From positions 327,174,001 through 327,238,000 of the forward strand of contig OZ024743.1 of assembly GCA_964016885.1 (NCBI GenBank): a stretch of 64,000 nucleotides of DNA. Reading direction: 5' to 3'. Within the stretch, counting starts at the first letter, position 1. Each line of letters starts with the position of its first letter. The notes under the pieces are model-generated. The model did no database searches. It had not been told where the DNA came from and saw only the letters and a program-made list of their open reading frames with translations. Origin of the DNA: Eledone cirrhosa. Lineage: Eukaryota. Position numbers and translations under genes: made by a program. This document shows positions 25,035 to 35,442 of the stretch, one piece after another.

Positions 25035-25037
<3 letters not shown>
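23447..25037 (-). mobile_element. Tc1/mariner DD34E transposon, IR/DR type, 1591 bp
   Basis: CAGTG...CACTG ends within (TA)n; ~200-bp TIRs, each with two direct repeats cgcaaaagtttacaacacatt. Confidence 0.97.
23664..24675 (-). pseudogene. Tc1 transposase, inactivated
   Basis: MGKNK start, G(C)PRK linker, *SDETK (TGG to TAG at 24223-24225), GGGSIMVWGCF, QQDN-34aa-SPDLNPIE, C-terminal GYATKY; small deletion and stop near the 3' end. Confidence 0.95.
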
Positions 25038-25096
<59 letters not shown>

Positions 25097-26264
25097 GGGA
25101 TCTTCTGAGTTTCAGAAGATCCCGTTAAGGGTGAAAGCAGCAATTCTTTGCTTAAACTTTAATCTGTTCTTATAATAAATATATATATATACACACACAT
25201 ACATATATATCATCATCATTTCACGTCCACTTTTCCTTGTGGTGTTAGGAAGGGTATCCAGCCATAGAAACCAACCCTGAAACAGTCCCATATGAGCAAG
25301 ACACAGTCATCTGATCTGACATGTCTCATAATGGGACAACTCATCTAACCTATGCTAGCATGGAAAAATGGACGTTAAATGGTGATGATGATACATACAT
25401 ATGTATAATGTAAATAGCATGGTAAAAAGTTTTCAGATGTTGGTGAAAAGCTAACCTTAATCCAGGTAGAGCTACCATCAAAATATCTAAAATGGGGTTT
25501 CTTAATTCAAGTGTTTGTTGTACCTTTACTAGGGGACCGATTTTCATGAAAATTTGTAATATTAGAGTAAAGACTACAATTGTTAATGTGACACAATCAT
25601 AATGCTGTTTTGTACTTTTCAAGACTGTCTTGCTAATGTGATTTTATGTAGAACAGAACTTTAAGAGTTAATCAGCAGTAGAGGCATCTGTTGTGAATGC
25701 ATAGCAGCCAGAATAATAAAAAAGAGGGAAAAATTGAGGGAGCTATTATCTCTGTATGTAACAAACAGATTCTCTGTTCAAGTGAAAGGCAGATAGATTC
25801 TATGATACTTGTGTACAAAGTGTGTATGGTAACAAAACATGAACAATATGTAAATGATGGATAGAAATATTGTATGTTCTGTTGGATGTGTAATTTTGAC
25901 AAGCATGAACAATGGTGCATTCTAGAATATGGGAATGTATCAAAGTGAGATGATTGTTTAATGTCCGTTCTTCTGGCTAGCAAATGTTAGATAGGTTGTC
26001 ACAGACCTAGTCAGTACTTAATCAGAGCCACTGATCATTCAGATGGGTTGGGTCATTTCATTTTCATACATTTCCATACTCTACAGTTCACCATTGTTCA
26101 TACATGCCAAAGCAAAATGTTTGAAACTTGACCAATTTCTTTGTAAACTTATCAGTTTATAATATATGTATATGTGAATGTGTGTAAACAATGGACACAC
26201 AAGAGATGCAGTAGGATCACAAGTAGGCTAACAGAAGGTAGACTTCATATGTGACAGGAGCAAA

Positions 26265-26565
26265 GGGATGCTTCTTCCTTGCCTACCTATTCCTGTGAGG
26301 GTAGTGGGAGCAGAGTCCTCAGGCACTCCTCCCAGCGGATCCTGTCAGAAGCAACCATCTCCAACTGGTCTGGCTGGATCCCCAATCTCATGGATGTTAT
26401 CCAACCATCTTGCTTGGGTTCTACTCCTGGGTCTCCTACCTGTTGGTTTTGCCTGTAAAATATGTCTAGCGATTCTTTCCTGAGACCTAACCACATGCCC
26501 ATAGAATCGGAGCTGTGAGCTCTCAATTTGGAGAAGTATTGGTTATACCTAGAGTGACTCTCTCA
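26265..26565 (-). mobile_element. 3' fragment of another RTE family
   Basis: Frameshifted LRWLGHV / PTGRRPR..RWLDNI-like C-terminus. Confidence 0.6.
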
Positions 26566-27274
26566 TCTCCAAGCTACGCAATCTATCGAGTAACATTACT
26601 CCAAAATTGGAATTGAAAAAATGTTTACAGCTCACATGTATGGAGCTTTAGCTGGCCTACAAGATTACATCACATGAAAAGCAATGTGAAATAAAACATC
26701 TTTCTCATGTACACAACACACCATCTGGTCACGGAGTCAAATCCATGATCGTAAGATCATCAGCTCAACATTCTAACTATTAAGCCAGGCATCTTTACTG
26801 AATAAAGTTTATCAATAATAAGAATAAAAAACACCACCATCAAAATATATATAAATATTTAAACACTGTTGAAAGACAATTCAATGTAACTGCAATTCCC
26901 TGTCCTAATTTAGCTCCCTTTAGTTTTTAGCAATATTAGTTATAGATGTTATCGAGATATGAGTGACATAATAATTATTTCAACAGCAGAAATTAGAGAC
27001 GAAATATACGTTTATTTTTTGATGTAGCACAAACAATGGTGTTGTACAGAGGCTGGTTTCTGGCGTGTGATCAGTCGGCTTTCCAGTGGCTGTCTGTCTT
27101 TTCTTTCTGGCGTTCTCAACCGGCGTTGTTCTATCAAGGAGCGTGAGGCGTCTTACTACAAGTTTATACTGCAATCCTTAGGTAGATGGAAACTGCTTGG
27201 AAGCCCGTTAAATGGACTGTGCCTGTAAGTCAAATGACCAACCTTGTCACACTGACTCTCGCTAAGAATTACAT

Positions 27275-28357
27275 TTGTGTCTGGCCTGTGTGCCTGCCTC
27301 CACGAATGTTATTAATGTTATTGAAAAACAACAACAACAACAAAAACCAATGACTGTGTCTTCCTCTACCATTGTTACTGAACAACGGCAAAAACCTATG
27401 ACACTGGCTTCTACTGTTATTCCTGTGGGAGAACATCAGAAACAACAACAACCCATGTCTTCCACTCCCAGTACATCTCGACACCAACAACTGGTGACTG
27501 TGTCTTCCCCTACCATTCCCGTGGAGGAACATCATCATCACCAACAACAACAACAGCAACAACCTGCGACTGTGTCCTCCCCTGCCATTCCCGTGGAGGA
27601 ACATCATCATCACCAACAACAGCAACAACCTACGACTGTGTCCTCCCCTGCCATTCCCGTGGAGGAACATCATCATCACCAACGACAGCAGCAGCAGCAG
27701 CAGCAGCAACAACAACAACAACAACCGACCAGTACAGATTTTGCGGAGCTGCAACTAATGATTTCTGCTCTGAGAAGGGAAGTTGCAGGAATAGAGGCAA
27801 GCATTCGGGTAGGACCCCACAATGAGGGGTCTTATCGGAATGCCTTGCTAAAGAATCTCCCTGTACCTCTTGCTGGAAAGACTGAAAAGACTGCGGAATC
27901 TGCTACCCATGAAGTGATTGCCATTGGGGTACCAGAGGACAAGGCTGATCTTCAGGCATTTGCTGCCAGCTCAGCCAAAGACCTAGGCTGTGTTCCCCCA
28001 AAGGGTGCCCTCCGCCTTGGTCGACCTGGTCCAAAACCCAGACTCATCAGGCTGTCTTTCTCGGACCCCGCAGAGGCAACCTCATATCATCTGGCCTCTG
28101 CTAAAGCTGGGCGTGAAAATCGGATTACCTTCCGAACACGCCCAGGCCTACCACCCCATGTACGTCCAAAACTACGTGCTGCAGCTTCCTTGAATCGGAA
28201 CTCAGCACAAGATGAAAGTTTCAGTCTGCGTGATGATGGGCAGATCTGGAGGTTTGTCAAGGCTGGTGAAACGTGGAAGAGAGATACCAGCTGGTCTGAG
28301 TGTGATCTACCCGCAATAACTGGCAATGTAAAATCTGCTACAACTCTGGGAAACTAA
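27275..28357 (+). CDS. LINE ORF1 protein (His/Gln repeats, coiled coil, RRM-like domain)
   Basis: 360 open codons; FAELQLMISALRREVAGIE coil; VIAIGVPE..RLGR..KPRLIRLSF typical of CR1/L2 ORF1 C-terminal domains; true start uncertain (first in-frame ATG about 27350). Confidence 0.85.
   Translation: MCLACVPASTNVINVIEKQQQQQKPMTVSSSTIVTEQRQKPMTLASTVIPVGEHQKQQQPMSSTPSTSRHQQLVTVSSPTIPVEEHHHHQQQQQQQPATVSSPAIPVEEHHHHQQQQQPTTVSSPAIPVEEHHHHQRQQQQQQQQQQQQQPTSTDFAELQLMISALRREVAGIEASIRVGPHNEGSYRNALLKNLPVPLAGKTEKTAESATHEVIAIGVPEDKADLQAFAASSAKDLGCVPPKGALRLGRPGPKPRLIRLSFSDPAEATSYHLASAKAGRENRITFRTRPGLPPHVRPKLRAAASLNRNSAQDESFSLRDDGQIWRFVKAGETWKRDTSWSECDLPAITGNVKSATTLGN
28348..28357 (+). promoter_or_regulatory. 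Candidate -1 ribosomal frameshift site G_GGA_AAC followed by the ORF1 stop
   Basis: X_XXY_YYZ heptamer in the ORF1 frame; the -1 frame is open into ORF2; same GGGAAACTAA at 4916-4925 (minus) in the decayed copy. Confidence 0.6.
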
Positions 28358-28410
28358 ACCAGAACCTGCCACCCTCTACACACCATCATAAACTGCGAGC
28401 AGGGTACAAA

Positions 28411-31176
28411 TTGTTGTCCTTAAATGCTCGCAGTTTATGCAACAAGATACATCTGTTCGAATCCTACGTCAGAAGCATCGACCCTGACTTCATCACAGTC
28501 ACGGAAACATGGGCACATTCCTTACTCTGTGATGGGGTTTTCACCATTACTGGGTACAACCTTTTCCGCAAGGACCGCATTAACCGCCGTGGTGGTGGTG
28601 TGATGGTCTACGTTCGTTCAAACTTTTCGGTAATTCCTTGCGTTGATTTGAACGAATCACAGGAAGAAGTTTTTTTCTGTGACATACGTATGACCATGTC
28701 AACACTTCTGCTTGGTGTTGTTTATCGACCCCCAAACTACCATCAGGACACACAGCTTTGCGATATCCTCAGAGTTGCTGCCAAGAAAACAGCCACTTAT
28801 GTGTTTATTGCAGGTGACTTCAATCATCCTGAGATCGATTGGGAAACCTTTCGTTGGCCACAGGGTGCAAACGATTTCCTTGAACTAGTGCTGGACTCAA
28901 ACTGGTCACAAGTAGTCACCTCTCCAACAAGAGGTGACAACACTTTGGACCTGATCTTCACCACTACTCCTGAAGTGGTTATCAGTTGTACTACTGAGGA
29001 ACCTCTAGGCGACTCTGATCATGCTATGATCATTGCCAATCTGGCACTTGAGGGCAGCAACAAAAACCAGGGCCATCTCCAATCTGCTTGCTTTGATTGG
29101 AAGAGGGCGGATTGGAACTTGTACTGCACTGAGCTACAGCGCCCAAACTGGCATGAGATGTATAACTCTGGAGATGTGAACTCTATACTCCAGAGCATCC
29201 TGGACTCAATATGGATAGCGTGTGCAGCATCAGTGCCACGGAAGCGGAAAAATAACCACCCCAAAAGTGCAATCTGGGAAACTTCAGCGGTCCGACTTGC
29301 CAGGAAAGAACGTCGGAACGCTGAACGGGAATATAAACTGCATAGATCAGATGCCAACAGAAAAAAGCGGAATAAATCTTCTAACCATCTCAAGCAAGTG
29401 ACAAAGAAGGCAGTGCTTGAATTTGAACAGTGCATCACAACCAATCCTGACAGTAAGGTGTTCTGGAAATATGTTCATTCAAAGCAGAGACCTCACTCTC
29501 CAGTTGGTCCTCTTCGCAATCCCCACACAAGCCAGATCACTGACGATCCCAAGGAATGCGCAGAACTCATTGCTGAGTGCTATGCAAGTATTTTTACTGT
29601 TGAAGACCAGAATGTACCATCTCCACCATCTCTAACATCAAATTCCATAACAACTATGGAATTTACACCTGCAATGTTGCGACGTCACCTTAAGAATAAG
29701 CGCAACTATGCCTCCCCTGGTCTTGATGGTGTGACATACCTGCTTCTCAAACGTGGCGGGGATTTCCTTTTGCGCCAGCTTTCTTTTTTCTTTCAATACT
29801 GTCTCAGCAATGGTGCTACTCCGGAGCAGTGGAAAACTGCCAGTGTCATTCCCCTGTTCAAAAAGGGCAACCGCATGTCACCTGTCAACTATCGTCCAGT
29901 CAGTCTTACTAGCTGTATGGCCAAACTGATGGAATCCTGTGTCAGAGAAACACTTTGGAACTTCTGGAGCTCTCACAGCCTCATCCGGCCCTCACAGTTT
30001 GGATTTATCCCTAACTCCAGCTGCTGTGATCAGCTTATCGAGTTTCTTGAGGACATCACCCGGATCACTGACAGCGGCTCATGGGTGGATGTTGTTTACC
30101 TTGACTTTGCTAAGGCTTTTAATTCTGTGCCACACAAAAGACTTATGGCAAAACTCTCTGCAATGGGTGTGAGGGATGATCTTTTCGACTGGCTGAAATC
30201 CTTCATTCTCAGCCGAAAGGAAGTAGTCACGGTTCTAGGACAGCATTCTTCACCATATGAGATGTCATCTGGTGTACCACAGGGATCTGTTCTTGGTCCT
30301 CTTTTGTTTGTGGCATATATTAATGACATAGATGCCAACTTACAGAATGCCACGGTACTAAAATATGCAGATGACATCAAGCTGTACCTTGAAATCAAAA
30401 GGACTGATCCTGAAATTTACAACTCTTTCCTACAATCAGACCTGGACACAATGCAGCAATGGATCACAGACTGGCAACTGAAGCTGGCTGTGGACAAGTG
30501 TACCACCATGCATTTTGGAAGGAAAAATCCAGCGTCCACATACTCCCTCCACAACACTGACATCAAAAAGTCCTCTTGTGAACGTGACCTGGGCATTACT
30601 GTCAGCAACGATTTGCGTTGGACAAAGCATGTCTCTAAGATTGTCAAGAAGGCCGAGGGTGTCTTGGCATCACTCAGCAAGACCTTTGTTAGCCGCTCTC
30701 CAGCCATCTATTTAAAACTGTATACAGCTATGGTGCGACCACACTTGGAATTCGCATCATCAGTCTGGAACCCCTATCTTGCTCGAAACATTGACCTCCT
30801 GGAAACTGTTCAGAGACGTGCAACCAAGCGCATACCCTCCATCAGACACCTACCATACTCTGAACGCCTTGCTTCCCTGGGCATGGATTCATTGAAGCTC
30901 CGACGTCTGGCAATGGACTTGGTGAATACCCACAAAGTTTTTAACCATCTCGCCAACTGCAACCCTGAGCGCCTCTTTGATCTCCATGTGTCTAACACAC
31001 GTGGACATGCCTACAAGATAAGAAAACAGCACAGCTCCCATGACTTTCGCAGACATTTTTTCACGCTCAGAGTTGCTGAAGCATGGAACAAACTGCCTGC
31101 GTCAATTGTTAGCTGCCGAGACACTGCATCCTTTAAGACACTCATGCTTCCCAAAATACGCCAAAACTACACCTGA
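28411..31176 (+). CDS. LINE ORF2: APE endonuclease plus reverse transcriptase
   Basis: 921 codons without a stop; LNARS, TETW, GDFN, SDH (APE); NYRPVSLTS, QFGF, LDFAKAF, GVPQGSVLGP, YADD; CR1-type C-terminus RPHLEFASSVWNP, QRRATK, RGH, FFTLRV..WNKLP. Confidence 0.97.
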   Translation: MLSLNARSLCNKIHLFESYVRSIDPDFITVTETWAHSLLCDGVFTITGYNLFRKDRINRRGGGVMVYVRSNFSVIPCVDLNESQEEVFFCDIRMTMSTLLLGVVYRPPNYHQDTQLCDILRVAAKKTATYVFIAGDFNHPEIDWETFRWPQGANDFLELVLDSNWSQVVTSPTRGDNTLDLIFTTTPEVVISCTTEEPLGDSDHAMIIANLALEGSNKNQGHLQSACFDWKRADWNLYCTELQRPNWHEMYNSGDVNSILQSILDSIWIACAASVPRKRKNNHPKSAIWETSAVRLARKERRNAEREYKLHRSDANRKKRNKSSNHLKQVTKKAVLEFEQCITTNPDSKVFWKYVHSKQRPHSPVGPLRNPHTSQITDDPKECAELIAECYASIFTVEDQNVPSPPSLTSNSITTMEFTPAMLRRHLKNKRNYASPGLDGVTYLLLKRGGDFLLRQLSFFFQYCLSNGATPEQWKTASVIPLFKKGNRMSPVNYRPVSLTSCMAKLMESCVRETLWNFWSSHSLIRPSQFGFIPNSSCCDQLIEFLEDITRITDSGSWVDVVYLDFAKAFNSVPHKRLMAKLSAMGVRDDLFDWLKSFILSRKEVVTVLGQHSSPYEMSSGVPQGSVLGPLLFVAYINDIDANLQNATVLKYADDIKLYLEIKRTDPEIYNSFLQSDLDTMQQWITDWQLKLAVDKCTTMHFGRKNPASTYSLHNTDIKKSSCERDLGITVSNDLRWTKHVSKIVKKAEGVLASLSKTFVSRSPAIYLKLYTAMVRPHLEFASSVWNPYLARNIDLLETVQRRATKRIPSIRHLPYSERLASLGMDSLKLRRLAMDLVNTHKVFNHLANCNPERLFDLHVSNTRGHAYKIRKQHSSHDFRRHFFTLRVAEAWNKLPASIVSCRDTASFKTLMLPKIRQNYT

Positions 31177-32625
31177 TGTACCCCTTCCATACACATGCAC
31201 ACATGTGTGTATCATGACTCGTGCACTGTTCATTTTACTGATGTTTGTGCATTGCCCTATGTACTGTACATGCACTTTTTTGATGAGTTGTGGTGCACCT
31301 GGGCACTGTGCACAATATTTCGTTATTGTTATTATATCATGACTCATACACTGTTTATTTTCCTGACATTTGTACATTATTCTATGTACTATACATGCAC
31401 CTTTGATGAGTTGTAGTGCACCTGAGCACTGTACACAATAATTTCATTATTATATTATTTAAGGGTACATGTGTCTGTGGAATGCTGTCATTTACACTAT
31501 AATAAAAGATGATTGTGCCTGTAATTCAAAGGGCCAGCATTGTCACACAGTGTCATGTTGAATCTACCTCAATATTACATTAAGAGTAATCTCCTAAAAT
31601 TAACATCTAATGCTCAGCCACTTATATGTTAATTTCATGAGATGGCTGTTCCGTTGATCAAACAACTAGAACACTCATCATTGAAACTAGTGATGGTCCA
31701 CTCCACATTGGGTATTGAGTTAAAAAGCCAGTCTGGCTTGTCTTACCATTTATAAGTTTATAGTGTCATCACCAAAAATAAACACAATTATAAATAGCGT
31801 ACACTAATGCAGGAGATATGTAATTTTACAAGAAAAGTATTTTATTTTTTAAAAATATAGAATTGTAAAATTCTTTAGCTTTTCATGTTCATAAATCAGA
31901 AGAAAGTTCTACTTTACTCAAACTAAATTTAGTAGCAAAGAGGATAAGACTTTGCACCAGCACTAGGGAGGTAGCTATGTCCTTGATAGAGTTCTTTTAA
32001 CCTTTAGTTCGGCAAGCTTTCTCACTGGATGCTCTTCCTATTATCAACCACTTTACAGAGTGTACTGGGTGGGTTTTATTGTGTTACCAACATTGGAGAG
32101 GTTGTTTACTCCCGACACAACTGAAGAGTCTTCTCTACTCTCATCATCAGTTTTACAGCCATTTCTATGCTTGCATGGGTTAGACAGGCAGGTCAGATGA
32201 CTGTGTCTAGCTCATATGTTCCATTTTGGCATGGTTTTTATGATTAGATGTCCCTCCTAACACCAACCATTTTACAGCATGTACAGAGTTTATTTTCTCG
32301 TGGCACCGGCACTACCACCTACATTCTAAAGTGGACTGAATGTATTTTATTGTGGAACTAGTATTATCACAGAGGGGGAGGTAGGAATCACCACCAGTGC
32401 TTTCCCCAGTATAAAGTGAATCCCCTTCAGAAAGATGACAAGCAAAGTTGAGCACGATGGGATTTGAACAACACCGTAGTATTTATGTAACTGTCTGTCA
32501 TTTAAGAACCTGCAAATATGAGTATCGAATTCTGAATATAACAACACCTTAAGAACTTCGTTTGTTTCAAATCAATGTTTTAGATATGTGAGAGCATTTA
32601 AGCTAACATTTTATAGAAATAAAAA

Positions 32626-33146
32626 TCCGACGACGAATATCTCGGTTGTTCGAACAACGAAACAGCCTGCTTGTGAAATATACAAGTGGCTGAGCATTCA
32701 GTAAGCACGTGTGTCCTTAACGCAATTTTTATGGAGATTCACGCGATACAGTGTGTGACACGAGCGGCCCTTTGAATTACAGATACAATTAATTTTTATC
32801 CGGGGTAACGCTGCGAGCGTGCTGGCTTGCCGAAAAAATTATTAGGTTTCCCAGTGCTCCTCGCGATACTGTTATCTTTTACTCTGGTAGCGTTTCATTT
32901 GTCCACCCCTTTCGCCTGCCTTTTGTTGTATGTGGTCCTAGATGTGTGTATTATCTGCTTTTTATTTGTAATGATGACGGTTAGGCTGACAAATATATTT
33001 ATTTATTTAAAAAATTTTTTTAAATGTTGCCAGCTGAGTGAACTGGACAAGGTAAAATAAAGTGTCTTGCTCACGGACACAACGTACCGCTGGGAATCGA
33101 ACTCAGACGTGAGTCAAACATCCTAACCACTAAGCCATGCACCTTT
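32626..33146 (-). mobile_element. tRNA-derived SINE family C with an internal insertion
   Basis: A box tggcttagtggt, B box gagttcgattcc, gagcaagacactt body, tail ctcagccacttg..gcaggctgtt; other copies at about 16090-16235 and 31460-31690. Confidence 0.7.
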
Positions 33147-33539
33147 ATGGCAGACATGATATGAAAGACATGGACTAAATGATTTCTTCAGTTATAAGGA
33201 GAGGGTTATTAGCGATTGAAGTCCCAAGACAACTTTACAGCTACTTATTAGGTCGGCCATAAATGAGATTGTTAAAAAGGAAAGTTGATAAGAGTCGGGT
33301 TTGTTCTAAACAATTATAGTAAATAATTGATTTCTTACAGAACCACATGCTATATTTTTTCTCTAATCTATATTTAGAGGTGGTGAGAAACCTGGACAGC
33401 AAGTCTTCAGAGAAGAAACCCCCTCAAGTAAGAGTTTAGGCATTTAACTTAAAATAAAGAAACAGTATAAATGCTAATAGAGAATACATAAAATGTAGAG
33501 ATTCAACGGTGGACAGTTTACTATATTACTACATCGATA

Positions 33540-33920
33540 AACAACATTTATCAAACTATACTGAATTAAATATATAAACATTAAATTATACTTTCAACTA
33601 AATATATAAACATCTATTAAACTATACTTTGAACTAAATATATAAACACTTATTAAACTTCACTTTAAACTAAATATATAAACAACATTTATCGAGGTTA
33701 GCTTTGCCTTTCATCTTTAAGGGGTCGATAAAGCACCAGTAACACACTGGGTCGATTTAATCAACTTTTCTTTCCTCCTTAAAATTGCTGGCCTCGTGCC
33801 TAAAGTAAAAACAATTATTAAACTTCACTTTAAACTAAATACACAAACATCTTTCAAACTATACTTTAACTAAAGATATAAATATTTATTTATTAAACTA
33901 TACTATAACTAACTATATAA
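33540..33920. repeat. AT-rich ~30-35 bp minisatellite interrupted by a SINE A fragment
   Basis: Repeated attaaactatacttt..aactaaatatataaac units; SINE piece at about 33693-33815. Confidence 0.7.
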
Positions 33921-34150
33921 ACTAGACCCCGATATAGTATAGTATATAGAAGTGAGTGCGTGATGTTTACGCTTTGCTCAAGGGCATTAGTGAGATAAGT
34001 CAACCGAAACGTCTACACAAATATAGAGTTGTGTCTTGCTCTAGGACACGATTATAATAAAAAGATCGATGTCGCGAGAATCCGGATAATGATTAATATA
34101 AACCAGGCTTCAAAACCAAGTAGTAGTAGTATATTACCTACGCCAACTAA

Positions 34151-34462
34151 ATGAGAGTGCAAAACCTATACTGGAAACGACATCCCACCTTGTCTAAAAT
34201 CTATGGCAAACTCCCTCGAGCCTCTGCCCTTCTAAAATCCCGGAGGGCTCAATTTGCTGGCAACTGTCACAGCAATGAAATCATATCCGCTCTCTTGCTC
34301 TGGAACCCTGACTCCAGCCGGACTAGGAGTAGGAAGCTGTCATTCCCTGACGTTATCTCTGGCGATACGGGAATCAGTAGACAGGACCTGGGGGACAGGA
34401 AATTCTGGGGCATGAGAGTGAGATCCATCATCTCGGCAGTAGTCGACGAGTGATGATGATGA
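34151..34462 (+). mobile_element. RTE-clade 3' fragment (distinct family)
   Basis: W.RHPT..IYGKLP..RRAQFAG.C..LLLWNP..DTG C-terminus and (TGA)n tail. Confidence 0.75.
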
Positions 34463-34670
34463 AATATGTGCCAGTTGTCACAAAATTCTTTTATCAGCTC
34501 GATACACTAATTTAGTTCACCCACTCTCACAGATAGACAAATCTTTACCTTGAATACATTATTTCAGAAAGACCATACTTGACCGACGATCAAGTTTAAA
34601 ACGTTTCTAATAGCAAAATTTTGCTACTGAAACGGTTTAAGCTTGACCGACCGGCATTCTATCCTATAAT

Positions 34671-35010
34671 AATTGTTTCTACTTTTGGCACAAGGCCAGC
34701 AATTACCCAGTATATTACTGGTACTTTATTTTATCGACCCCGTAAAGATGAAAGGTAAAGTTAACTTCAGCGGGATTTGAACTCAGAATGGCAAGGGCCG
34801 TAACTCTATGCGTCAAAGCATGGCGTCCGACCCTCTACTGATACTGCCAATCCACCGCCCTATAATAATTGTTTCTACTTTTGGCACAAGGCCATCAATT
34901 ACCCAGTGCATTATTGGTACTTTATTTTATCGACCTCGTAAGGATGAAAGACAAAGTTAACCTCGGCCCTATAATAATGATTTCTGATTTAGGCACAAGG
35001 CCAACAATTT
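34671..35010 (-). mobile_element. Tandem cluster of SINE A copies (one full, two truncated)
   Basis: Three consecutive attgtttctactttt-ggcacaaggcc starts separated by ccctataataat. Confidence 0.8.
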
Positions 35011-35105
35011 TGACGGAGAAAGTCAATTTATAAACGTTTTATAATTGTATTTTTTTACTCAAGTCATAAACAGTATCTTATTACTTCTGACAATTATACT
35101 TTATC

Positions 35106-35141
<36 letters not shown>

Positions 35142-35391
35142 CACGATATTAACAAATGGAAACTATATTTATAAAACCATATTTATTTCATTATACATAT
35201 TTAACTTGGTGTCCTTGAAATATGTATAATGAAATAAATATGGTTTTATAAATATAGTTTCCATTTGTTAATATCGTATTTTTACTCCAAATATTTGTTG
35301 AGTGCTTTATATCAGTTATAAAAATATTTGCTTGTTGTATCCCAACAATTTAAATAGAACTTTTACATAATATATATATATATATACATAT

Positions 35392-35442
<51 letters not shown>

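Larger units (their letters stand above)
26981..31453 (+). mobile_element. Full-length, apparently intact CR1-type LINE with duplicated 3' tail
   Basis: 5' UTR, ORF1, uninterrupted ORF2, two tandem 3' UTR copies, (ATT)n end; candidate target-site duplication attattt at 26974-26980 and 31454-31460. Confidence 0.95.
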
